DNA from: Azolla caroliniana
Taxonomy: Eukaryota > Plantae > Polypodiophyta
Assembly (NCBI GenBank): GCA_043228905.1
Contig: JBHGNT010000010.1
Location: forward strand, 12,462,001-12,526,000
Reading direction: 5' to 3'
Length of the DNA stretch: 64,000 nucleotides
The translations under genes were made by a program, and so were the position numbers. The notes below the pieces were generated by a model. It was given only the letters and a program-made list of their open reading frames with translations, was not told the origin of the DNA and ran no database searches. Below, piece by piece: positions 38,405 through 51,648 of this stretch (positions are counted from its first letter, which is position 1; the number at the start of each line of letters is the position of its first letter).

Positions 38405-41400
38405 ACGAGTATATCATATATTAAATTTCCGACTCATAGCATGTGTTAACGGTTTGATAACTCAAGACCTAAAGTAGATGTTACAATAATGTACAATTAA
38501 CAAAATGATCAATATTATGTTTGAAGGATTGATGACGAACTTTGCTTTGATATTTTTCTCCTAACATCAATTTCTAAAGTTAATCCCATTATTCAATTAA
38601 TAGTAGACGTTTCAAATGAAATTTGACAAAACATTATGTTGTTCGGGACAAGAAGAAGCAATATATTTAGTCGTGGTTATTTCTCAACATGGTTACGACA
38701 AATTAGTATACTGACAATTATAGTTTGGATGACTTGATAGAATTTCCAAAAATACGCATAGATTGTAGAATAATGGTGAACTCCTGATCAACATTGCACC
38801 ATATTTCTTTATTTGATGCAAAGCACTAGAATATTACATTGACTAATTCAATTAGTAAATAAATTCCATTGTAGTCTAGTTGGTTCGGATCCTTGTTTTT
38901 TTACACATAGATTGCAGAATAATGGTCAACTGTCGAGAGACCCGGGTTCAACTCCCACCAATAGAAAAGACAATATCATATATCATATTTCGCGACAGCA
39001 TGTCATGTGCTCGATAACTCAAAAACTGAAGACCTAACATTATGTTGTTCGGGATAACAAGATGCAGTATATTTAGTTCTGGTTATCCACAACATTGTTA
39101 CGACAAATTAGTACACCTACAATTATAGTTTCGATAATTCGATAGAATTTCAAACAATACGCATAGATTGCAGAGTAATGGTCAATTGTCGATGAGTATT
39201 GCACCATGTTTCTTTATTTTTAACAAAGGATTAAAATGGTACATTAACTAAGTCATTTACTAAATGAACACCATTGTAATCAAGTTGCCTCGAATCTTTG
39301 CTTTTTACCTGAGACACCCGGGTACAAGTAGATATATTCTATATGATGAGTTAATATGGCATTGATAAAAACCTTTGAAATTATTAAATCTTAAAAACGA
39401 GAGTGTGTTAGAATAATCCTCAGTTTTTTGTTGATGCTTGCGTAATATATAAATATTATTTATTTCTAATCAATGATAGCAAGATTAAAAAGCACACAAG
39501 ATGTGATCCACGATAGTCTAGTTGGATAGAATACTTGACTCTGACCCGAGAGACCCGGGTTCAACTCTCAGGAATTGAAAGGACCATATCATATATTACA
39601 TGTGTTATCTGTTTGATAACTGAATAACTCAAGACCTAAAGTAGGTGTTACAATAATGTACAATTAACAAAATAATCAATATTATGTTTGAAGGATTGAT
39701 AAGGAACTTTACTTTGATTTTTTTCTCCTAACATCAATTTCTAAACTTAATTCCATTATTCGATTAATGGTAGAGGTTTCGAATGAAATTGGACAAAATA
39801 ATATGTTGTTCGGGACAACAAGAAGAAGCATATTTAGTTGTGGTTATTCCTCAACATTGTTACGATAAATTAGTACACCAACAATTATAGTTTAGATAAC
39901 TTGATCCAATTTCAAACAATATGCATAGATTGCAGAATAATGTTCAACTGTCGACAAGGATTGCACCATTTTTTTTTTTTTCGAGCATGGCACTAGAATA
40001 GTGCATTAACTAACTCATTTACTAAATCAATTCCTATGTAATCGAGATGGCTGGAATCGTTGATTTTTACCCGAGACACGTGGGTACAAGTGTAGGAATA
40101 GGAAAAACTAGATACATCATAGCTCATGAGTTAATTTTTCATCGACAAAAACCGGTGAACTTATTAAATCTTAAAAAGCAGAGTGTATTAGAATAATCCT
40201 CTGTTACTTGTTGATGCTTGCGCAACATATAAATAGTATTTATCACTAATCAATGATTGCAATATTAAAAAGTGTACTAGATGTGATCCATGGAAGTCTA
40301 GTTGGTTAGAATACTCGACTCTCACTCGAGAGAGTCGGGTTTAACTCCCGGCAATGAAAACGACAATATCATATATTAAATTTCCGAGGCATATCTTGTG
40401 TTAACTGTTTGATAACTGAAAAACTCAAGACCTAAAGAAGATGTTACAATAATATACAATTAACAAAATAATCAATATTATGTTTGAAGGATTGATGACG
40501 AAGTTTGCTTTCATTTTTTTCTCCTAACATCAATTTCTAAACTTAATCCCATTATTCAATTCATAGTAGAGGTTTGAAATGAAATTTGACAAAATATTAT
40601 GTTGTTCGGGACAAGAAGAAGCTATATATTGAATTGTGGTTATTTCTCAACATGGTTACGACAAATTAGTACACCGATGATTATAGTTTGGATAACATGA
40701 TAGAATTTCTAAAAATACATGTAGATTGTAGAATAATGGTGAACTCTTGATCAACAATCCACCATATTTCTTTATTTGATGCAAAGCACTAGAATATTAC
40801 ATTAACTAATTCATTTATTAAATAAATTCCATTGTTGTCTAGTTGGTTCGGATCCTTGTTTTTTTACGCATAGATTGCAGAATAATGGTTAACTATCGAG
40901 AGACCCAGGTTCAACTCCCACCAATAGAAAAGACAATATCATATATCATGTTTTGCGACGCATGTCATGTGTTAAGTGTTCGATAACTGAAAAACTAAAG
41001 ACCTAAAGTAGTTGTTACAATAATGTACAATTAGCAAAATAATCAATATTATGTTCGAAGGATTGGTAAAGAACTATACTTTGATTTTTTTCTCCAAACA
41101 CTAATTTCTAAACTTAATCCCATTATTCAATTAAAAGTAGAGGTGTCAAATAAAATTTGACATAACATTATGTATTTCGGGAGAAGAAAAAGCAATGTAT
41201 TTAGTTGTGGTTATTCTGCAACATCGTTACGACAAATTAATACACTGACAATTATAGTTTGGGTAGCTTGATACAATTTCCAAAAATATGCATAGATTGT
41301 AGAATTATAGTGAACTCTCGATGATCATTGCACCATGTTTCTTTATTTGAAGCAAGGCACTATAATATTACATTAACTAATTCATTTACTGAATGAATTG

Positions 41401-43730
41401 CATTGTAGTCTAGTGGGATCGGATCCTTGTATTTTATATGAGACTCACGGGTACATGAATAGGCATTGGGAAAACTATATACGTCATAGATCATGAGGTA
41501 CTATGGCATTGATAAAAACCCTTGAAAATATTAAATCTTAACAACGAGAGTGTGTTAGAATAATCCTCTGTTTCTCGTTGATGCTTGTGAAATATATAAA
41601 TATTATTTATTACTACTCAATGATTGCAATATTAAAAAGTGCAAAAGATGTGATCCATTATAGTCTAGTTGGTTAGGATACTGGGCTCTCACACGAGAAA
41701 CCCGTGTTCAACTCCCGAGAATATAAAGGACAATATCATATATCAAATTGTAGACGCTTGTCATGTGTTAACTGTTTGATAACTCAAAAACTAGATACAT
41801 CATAGATCATGAGTTAATGTGGCATCGAGAAAAACCCTTGAAATTATTAAATCTTAAAACCGAGAGTGTGTTAGAATAATCCTCAGTTTTTCGTTCATGC
41901 TTGCGAAAAATATATATATTATTTTTTTCTAATCAATGATTGCAATAATAGAAAGCAGAGAAGATGTAATCCATTGTAGTCTAGTTGGTTAGAATACTCC
42001 GCTCCTACCCAAGAGAACCGGGTTAAACTCTCGTCAATGGATACATCATAGCTCATGTGTTAATTTGGCATCAATACAAACCCATGAAATTATTAAATCT
42101 TAAAAACAAGACTGTGTTAGAATAATCACGTGTTTCTTGTAGATGCTTGCACAATATATAATGTTTTTTTTTCTTCTTCTAACATGAATTTCTAAACTTA
42201 ATCCCATTATTCAATTAATGGTACACGTTTCAAATAAAATTTGACAAAAAATTATGTTGTTCGGGATAACAAGAAGCAGTATATTTAGTTCTGGTTATTA
42301 CACAACTTTTTTACAACAAATTATTTCTTTATTTCTAACAAAGGATTAAAATGGTACATTAACAAAGTCATTTAGTAAATGAATACCATTGTAATCAAGT
42401 TGCCTCGGATCCTTCCTTTTTACCTGAGATGCCCGGGTACAAGTAGATATATCCTATATCATGGGTTAATATGGCATCGATAAAAACCCTTGAAATTATT
42501 AAATCTTAAAAACGAAAGTGTGTTACAATAATCGTTAGTTTTTCGTTGATACCTGCGAAATATATAAATATTATTAATTTCTAATCAATGATAGCAAGAT
42601 TAAAAAGCACAGAAGATGTGATCCACGATAGTCTAGTTGGTTAGGATACTCGACCCTCACCCGAGAGACCCAGTTTAACTCCCGGCAATGGAAACGACAA
42701 TATCATATATTAAATTTTCGATGCATATCAGGTGTTAACTCTTTGATAAATCAAAAACTGAAGTCCTAAAGTAGGTGTTACAATAATGTACAATTAACAA
42801 AATAATTAATTTTATGTTTCAACGATTGATGACGAACTTTACTTTGATTTTCTTCTCCTAACATCAATTTCTAAACTTGATTCCATTATTCGATTAATGT
42901 TAGAGGTTTCGAATGAAACAGGACAAAATATTATGTTGTTCGGGACAACAAGAAGAAGAAAATATTATGTGGTTATTCCTCAACATTATTACGATAAATT
43001 AGTACACCAACGATTATAGTTTAGATAACTTGATTCAATTTCAAACAATACGCATAGATTGCAGAATAATGTTCAACTGTCGACAAGCATGGTACCATTT
43101 TTCTTTATTTGTAGCATAGCACTAGAATAGTACATTCACTAACTCCTTTACTAAATGAATTCCATTGTAATCAAGATGCCTTGAATCGTTGATTTTTACC
43201 CGAGACACGTGGGTACAAGTACAGGCATAGGAAAAACTAGATACATCATAGCTCATGAGTTACTTTGGCATCGATAAAAACCGGTGAACTTATTAAATCT
43301 TAAAAACAAGAGTGTGTTAGAATAATCCTCAGTTTCTTGTTGATGCTTGTGCAATACATAAATATTATTTATTACTAACCAATGATCGCAATATTAAAAA
43401 GTGCAGCAGATCTGATCCATTGTAGTCTAGTTGGATAGAATACTTGACTCTGACCCGAGAGACCCGGGTTCACCTCTCAGGAATAGAAAGGACCATATCA
43501 TATATTACATTTCCGACGCATATCATGTGTTATCTGTTTGATAACTGAATAACTCAAGACCTAAAGTATCTGAGTTAATATCGCATCGATGGAAACCGTT
43601 GAAATTATTAAATCTTAAAAACGAGAGTGAGTTAGAATAATCCTCTGTTTCTCGTTGATGCCTGTGCAATATATAAATATTATTTATTACTAATCAGTGA
43701 TTGCAATATTGAAAAGTATACAAGATATGA

Positions 43731-43803
43731 TCCATTGTAGTCTAGTTGGTTAGGATACTAGGCTCTCACCCGAGATACCCAGGTTCAACTCCCAACAATG
43801 GAA
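43731..43803 (+). pseudogene. tRNA-Glu(CUC)-derived copy
   Basis: Perfect acceptor and D arm; T stem CCAGG/CCCAA broken. Confidence 0.7.
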
Positions 43804-44291
43804 ACGACAATATCATATATTAAATTTTTGACGCATATGATGTTTTAATTGTTTGATAACTCAAAAACGCAAGATTATGTTTGAAGGATTGATGACGAAC
43901 TTTCCTCCATCAACATTCCAAAAATAGGCATAGATTGTCGAATAATGATGAATTCTCGATTAGCATTGCACCATGTTTGTTTATTTGAATGAAAGCACTT
44001 GAATATTACATTAACCAATTCATTTACAAATTGAATTCCATTGTAGTCTAGTTCGTTCAGATCCTTGTTTTTTACACAAGACTCCTGGGTACAACAATAG
44101 GCATTGGAAAAACTAGATACATCATAGATGATGAGGGAATATCGCATCGATAAAAACTGTTGAAATTATTAAATCTTAAAAATGAGAGTGTGTTAGAATA
44201 ATCCTCAGTTTCTCGTTGATGCTTGCGCAATATATAAATATTATTTATTACTAATCTATGATTGCAATATTTAAAACTACACAAGATATGA

Positions 44292-44364
44292 TCCATTGTA
44301 GTCTAGTTGGTTAGGATACTCGGCTCTCACCGGAGAGACCCGGGTTCGACTCTCGGCAATGGAA
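44292..44364 (+). tRNA. tRNA-Glu(CUC)-like copy, near intact with canonical GTTCGA B box
   Basis: Perfect acceptor and D arm; one G:G mismatch in anticodon stem, one G-U in T stem. Confidence 0.62.
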
Positions 44365-47300
44365 ACGACAATATCATATATTGAATTTCCGACGGATATT
44401 ATGTTTGAAGGATTGAGGATGATTTTTAGTTTGATTTTTTTCTCCTAACATCAATTTCTAAACTTACTCCCATGATTCGATTAATGGTAGAGCTTTCAAA
44501 TGAAATTGGACAAAACATTATGTTGTTGGAGACAACAAGAAGAAGTATATTTGGTTATGGTTATTCGTCAACATTGGTACGACAAATTAGTACACTAACA
44601 ATTACAGTTGCCATAACTTGATACAATTTCAAACAATACGCATAGAATACAAAATAATGTTCAACTGTCGACAAGTATTGCACCATGTTTTTTTATTTGT
44701 AGCAAAGCACTAGAATAGTACATTGACTAATTTATTTTCTAAATGAATTCCATTGTAACCAAATTGCCTCGAATCGTTAATTTCTACTCGAAACGTGCGG
44801 GGACAAGTATAGCCAACTATATCATGAGTTAATGTGGCATCGATAAAAACCCGTGAAATTAATAAATCTTAAAAACGAGAGTGTGTTAGAATAATCCTAT
44901 GTTTCTTGTTGATGCTTGTGCAATATATAAATATTATTTACTACTAATGAATGATTGCAATATTAAAAAGTGTACAAGATGTGATCCATTAATGTCTAGT
45001 TGGTTAGAATACTCGGCTCTCACCCAACAGACCCGTGTTCAACTCTTGGGAATAGAAAGGACGATAACTTATATACAAGTTTGCGACGATTGTCATGTGT
45101 TTGATAACTCAAAAACTGAAGACGTAAAGTATTTACAATAATGTACAATCAACAAAATAATCAATATTATGTTCGAAGTATTTATAAAGAACTTTGGTTT
45201 GATTTTTTTCTCCTCACATCAATTTCTAAACTTCATCCCAGTATTAAATTAATAGTAGAGGTTTTTGATGAAATTTTACAAAACATTATGTTGTTCGTGA
45301 CAAAAAGAAGCAGTAAATTTACTTGGGGCTATTCCTCAACATCGTTACGACAAATTAGTACACCAAGAATTATAATTTCAATAACTTGATACAATTTCCA
45401 AAATATACGCATACATTGTCAAATAATGGTGTATTCTCGATGAGCAATGCACCATGTTTCTTTATTTGAAGCAAAGAACTAGAATATTACATTAACTTAT
45501 TCATTTACTAAATGAATTCCATTGTAGTCTAGTTGGTTCGCATCCTTGTTTTTTACACGAGACTCCCGGGTAGAACAATTGGCATGGGAAAACTAGATAC
45601 ATCATAGATCATGAGTTAATATAACATCGATAAAAACCCTTGAAATTATTAAATCTTAAAAACGAGAGTGTGTTAGAATAATCCTCAGTTTCTAGTTGAT
45701 GCTTGCGCACTATATAAATATTATTTATTACTAATCAATCATTGTAGTACACAAGATATGATCCATTGTAGTATAGTCGGTCGACGCAGATCTTGTGTTA
45801 ACTATTTGATAACTCAAAAACTGAAGGCCTAAAGTAGATGTTATAATAATGCACAATTAACAAAATAATCAATATTATGTTTGAAGGATGGATGACGAGC
45901 TTTACTTTCATTTTTTCCTCCTAACATCAATTTCTAAACTTCATCCCATTATTCAATTAATAGTAGAGGTTTCAAATGAAATTTGACAAAACATTATGTT
46001 GTTCGTGACAAGAATAAGCAGTATATTTAGTCGTGGTTATTTTTCAACATGGTTACGACAAATTAGTACACAGACAATTATTGTTTGGATGACTGGATAG
46101 AATTTCCAAAAATACGCATAGATTGTAGAAGAATGATGAACTCTCGATCAACATTGCACCATATTTTTTTATTTGAAACAAAGCACTAGAATATTACATT
46201 AACTAATTCATTGACTTATGAATTCCATTGTAGCCTGGTTGGCATTGGCAAAACTAAACACATCCTAGATCATGAGGTAATGTCGCATCGATAAAAACCC
46301 TTGAAATTATTAAATCTTAAAAACGAGAGTGTGTTAGAATAATCCTCAGTTTCTCGTTGTTGCTTGCGCAATATATAAATATTATTTATTCCTAATCAAT
46401 GATTGCAATATTAAAAAGTACACAAGATGTGATCCATTGTAGTCTAGTTGGTTAGGATACTCGGCCATCACCCGAGAGACCTGGGTCCAACTCCCGGCAA
46501 TGAAAACGACGATATCATATATTAATTTTCCGACTCATATCATGTGTTAACTGTTTGATAGCCCAAGACCTAAAGTAGGTTTTACAAGAATATACAATTA
46601 ACAAAATAATCGATATTATGTTCGAAGGATTGATAATGAAATTTGCTTTGATTTTTTTTTCGTAACACCAATTTCTAAACTTAATCCCATTTTTGAATTA
46701 ATAGTAGCGGTTTCAAATGAAATTCGACTAATCATTATGTTTTTCGTGATAGGAAGAATTAGGATATTTAGTTGTGGTTACTTCTCAACATTGTTACGAG
46801 AAATTAGTACACCAATAATTATAGTATCGATAACTTGATACAATTTCAAACAATACGCATAGATTGCAAAATAATGGTAAACTGTCGACAAGCATTGCAC
46901 CATGTTTCTTTATTTGTAGGAAAGCACTAGAGTACTACATTAACTAATTCATTAACTCAATGAATTCCATTGTAATCAACCTACCTCAAATCATTGATTT
47001 TTACCCGAGATGTGCGGGTACAAGCACAGGCATATGAAAAACTAGATACATCATAGATTATGAATTATTTTGGCATAGATAAAAACTCGTGAAATTATTA
47101 AATCTTAAAAACCAGAGTGTGTTAGAATAATCCTTTGTTTTTCGTTGATGCTTGTGCAATATAGAAATAATATTTATTACTAATCAATGATTACAATACT
47201 AAAAAGTGCACAAGATGTGATCCAATGTAGTGTAGTTGGTTAGGATACTCGGCTCTCACCCAAGAGACTCGGGTTTAATTCCCTGAAATGGAAATGACAA

Positions 47301-49156
47301 TATCATATATTAAACTTCCGACGCATATCATGTGTTAATTGTTTGATAACTTAGAAACTCAAGACCTAAAGTAGGTGTTACAATAATGTACAATTAACAA
47401 AATAATCAATATTATGTTTGAAGGATTGATGATGAACTTTACTTTGATTTTTTTCTCCTAACATCAATTTGTAAACTTAATCCCATTATTCGATTAATTC
47501 TAGATATTTCAAATGAAATTGGACCAAACATTATGTTGTTCGGGACAACAAGAAGCAGTATATTTAGTTGTGGTTATTACTCAACATTGTTACAATAAAT
47601 TAGTACACCAATAATTATAGTTTGGATAACTTGATACAATTTCGAACAATACGTATAGATTGCAAAATAATGGTCATCTGTCGAATAATGGTGAATTCTC
47701 GATGAGGATTGCACCATGTTTCTTTATTTGAAGTAAAGCACTAGAATATTATATTAGCTAATTCATTTACTAAATGAATTCCATTGTAGTCTAGTTGGTT
47801 CAGATCCATGATGTTTACACGAGCCTCCCGAGTACAGCAATTGGCATGGGAAAAACTAGATACATCCTAGATCATGAGTTAATATCGCATCGATGGAAAC
47901 CGTGGAAATTATTAAATATTAAAAACGCATCGAGTGTGTTAGAGTAATCCTGTGTTTCTTATTGATGCTTACGCATTATATAAATATTATTTATTACTAA
48001 TCAATGATTGCAATCTTGAAAAGTACACAAGGTATGATCCATTGTAGTCTAGTTGGTTAGGATACTAGGCTCTCACACAAGATAGCCGGGTTCAACTCCC
48101 AACAATGGAAACGACAATATCATATATTAAATTTCCGACGTATATGATGTTTTAATTGTTTGATAACTCAGAAACTCAAGATTATGTTTGAAGGATTGAT
48201 GACGATCTTTCCTCCATCAACATTCAAAAAATACGCATAGATTGTCGAATAATGGTGAATTCTCAATCAACATTGCACCATGTTTGTTTATTTGAACGAA
48301 AGCACTTGAATATTACAATAACCAATTCTTTTACTAAATGAATTCCATTGTAGTCTAGTTCGTTCAGATCCTTGTTTTTTACACAAGACTCCCGGGTACA
48401 ACAATAGGCATTGGAAAAACTAGATACATCATAGATGATGAGGTATTGTCGCATCGATAAAAACCGTTGAAATTATTAAATCTTAAAAACGAGAGTCTGT
48501 TAGAATAATCCTCAGTTTCTCGTTGATGATTGCGCAATATATAAATATTATTTATTACTATGATTGCAATATTAAAAAGTACACAAGATATGATCCATTG
48601 TAGTCTAGTTGGTTAGGATACTCGGCTCTCACCCGAGAGACCTGGGCCAGGTTCAACTCCCAGCAATGGAAACGACAATATCATATATTGAATTTCCGAT
48701 GGATATCATGTGTTAACTATTTGATAACTCAAAAAATCAAGACCTAAACTAGACAATTAAGAAAATAATCAATATTATGTTTGAAGGATTGATGGCGAAC
48801 TTTACTTTAATTTTTTCCTCCTAACATCAATTTCTAAACTTAATCCCATTATTCGATTAATGGTAGAGCTTTCAAATGAAATTGGACAAAACATTATGTT
48901 GTTCGAGACAACAAGAAGAAGTATATTTGGTTGTGGTTATTCGTGAACATTGGTATGACAAATTAGTACACCAACAATTACAGTTGGGATAACTCGATAC
49001 AATTTCACACAATACGCATAGAATACAAAATAATGTTCAACTGTCGACAAGCATTGCACCATGTTTCTTTATTTGTAGCAAAGCACTAGAATAGTACATT
49101 AACTAATTCATTTACTCAATGTATTCCATTGTAATCAAGTTGCTTCGAATCGTTGA

Positions 49157-51648
49157 TTTTTTTTTTTTCCAAAAAAAAAAACTACTACCATTAGTTAAGC
49201 AATGTAGAAAGGATAATTTACAACTCATATCTTATAAGACATCTTGCATGTCGAAGGAAAAGAATATGTGTAGATGAAACAACAAAGAAAAACAACTCCA
49301 AAGCACCACATCATTCGATGTGTATAGCATAACTCGAACACATATTCTCCACGTGAGCCTGATACAAGCAGAAGTCAGAATAGATGTCCTCCATTCGCTC
49401 CTCAAGGCAGCACCCATCTAGATGTTAGGTACACTTGGAGGGAACAACCATCGTGGTGGTTGATAATTCCACTTCACTTTACCATCCATTAGATGTAGCA
49501 TCGACGAACTCCATTTCAGCAAGAAACGAGCTCTCGCTTCTTCACTTGTGTCAGATGGCCCTTGAAGACTTTCGAACTCACCTCGCAACATAGAAATAAG
49601 ATTGAACCAGATCATCATTAGATTCTCTGCCGGCGGGGTTCGTTTACCTGTGAAGGTCTCCTTGCACCTAGATACCCACACTTGCCAGACCGTAAGGCCG
49701 ACCACTAATACCTATATGTCCACGCAACGTTCCTGTAAGAAGAATAAACCTCCTTGCGTTAGTTGCACAGATCCTTGTATCACCTTTAAAGAAGGATTGT
49801 TTCCATTCCACCCTTGAAACCACGAGGCCGATTCAATGGCCAACCAAGTGATTGCTGCGCTCGATACATGAACCTCAACCCCGAACCGAGCCAAGTTTCT
49901 TAACCTCCTCAACCAATTTTCTTGCGCTCGAGGGCAGCACCACAAACAATGAGCGATGTCCTCCAAGCTTGCACTACAGGCCTTCCAACCACTCATGCCA
50001 CCTCTATTCCCAAGCCACTCTCCCGTTGGAACAACCCGATGGGTGATTAACCAAAAAAACACTTTGATCCGCTCGGGAAGGGATGAGTTCCATATCCTGC
50101 TCCTAGTTCTATCCACGAAGGCTAACTTGATAGCTGCATAGGACCACTTGTTGGCACACTTCTCACATTACGAACCTAACTTTCTCCCCAACCGCGTCGA
50201 GTATTCGAAGAAACCTAATGATTTATCTTGTTCTCCCTTCCACATATATTCAACGGGATCCCATTCTACGAGCTCGAGAGGCTTGCCTTCAACCACGTAC
50301 AAGATCCAATCCTCCTCAACCTATTCGACTGGTGGATTCACCTTCCATTTCTTTCCGACTCTTGCCACAATTCTAATCGGGTACCAGCCTGCACTTTCAT
50401 CTAATAATCCAATCTGGACGGTCATCCCATTCTTTCCTAGACCCCTGACATTGATAATTTTTCCGGTATCATCACATTGTCCGGACCATTCACCCTCTTC
50501 CTCATTACCAATAGGAAGCGAGGAGAGAGCTGTATTGACTACGTCAAGCATCTTTCTGCCATTTCGGACCTTTCCCAAGTCTTCATATAGTTGATCACGA
50601 TTATTGTCGGACAGCCGCATCCAATAAGCCACCAACTGTATCCCTAGACAATACAATGTAGCCCACGGTATGTGCTTGCTTTGTCCAAGCATCGTTCCTT
50701 CTGGCGATTGTACGATCTTGTTCCACAGTAGGGGTTGGCGCATCCATTTAACACTCGTACTTGGACGATTCCGACTTAGATGCCCACGGAGCATACTCCA
50801 CGCCTGCATCCCTGACATACAAGTACGATCAGCCAACCAGTTAGATTTCCTCAACTTTAAGGCCATACAAAAAGGCCCCGCTTTGTGTGACTTCCAATGC
50901 CCACCCAGTCTTGGACTCCAGACAATGCTCCTATTATGTATCAATGTTTACCATAACTCGTTACCAGGTAGCAAGCTCCTTACCAATACCTTACATAACA
51001 ATGCTTGACTCTGCAATCCAGGGTCAACCAATCCTAAACCCCCCTTACTCTTGGGAAGAACCAACGTAGACCATGATACTTTGGCTGCCGCGTTGTCTTT
51101 CCTCATCCCAGCCCAAAGGAATCCCCTAATACACGCTTTAACATTACGAATAGCTTTCTTGTCAAACATCCACACTGAAACTGCATGCCATAATGTAGAC
51201 AAGAGCACATGGTTAGCTACTATGATCCTGCCAGCCAATGATAAGTTCATCCCTGACCAGTTGCAAATTTTGTCACAGATTTTGCTTTGAATTTGTTGCA
51301 ATTGAATTCCTTTGTCGATATCTACCCCAATCCACGTTCCCAGATACCGAGTGGCTTCCCCGTTTGCAATCCATTTGAATTCAGCATTTGGCTTCCAAAT
51401 AGGCTCGGACTCCAAGATGATTGAAAAACCCTTCGACTTCTTCCAATTGATGGACACTCTCAATGGCTTGCAAAAGAGCTCAATAGCACTCTGTGCCGTC
51501 TCAAGATTCGCTTCATTTTCTTGGAGGTATAGCATCGTATCGTCCGCGAACTCCGAGTCCACTAGTGACTTCCTTGAATTAGGGATCAAAAGACCATGAA
51601 AATTTGCCCTTTGACTGTTAAAAAGGGCAGACATTGCTTCAGTAATAA
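49157..51648 (-). mobile_element. 5'-truncated L1/Tx1-like LINE (RT C-terminal half, Cys-rich domain, 3' UTR, poly-A)
   Basis: SEFADDTMLYL, INWKKS, RYLG, LSLAGRIIVANHVL, LPKSKGGLGL, IKVFFWLITHRVVPT...EDIAHCLWCC; T-run at 49157-49168 is the poly-A tail; premature stops; satellite continuous across the insert. Confidence 0.92.

Larger units (their letters stand above)
17218..49156 (+). repeat. tRNA-Glu-containing tandem array, ~790 bp monomer, segment 1
   Basis: Recurring order: tRNA module A, ~470 bp AT-rich spacer, module B, ~180 bp spacer; A-to-A spacings 796 (36818-37614), 780 (39507-40287), 794 (42622-43416); many internally deleted monomers; all one orientation. Confidence 0.95.
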
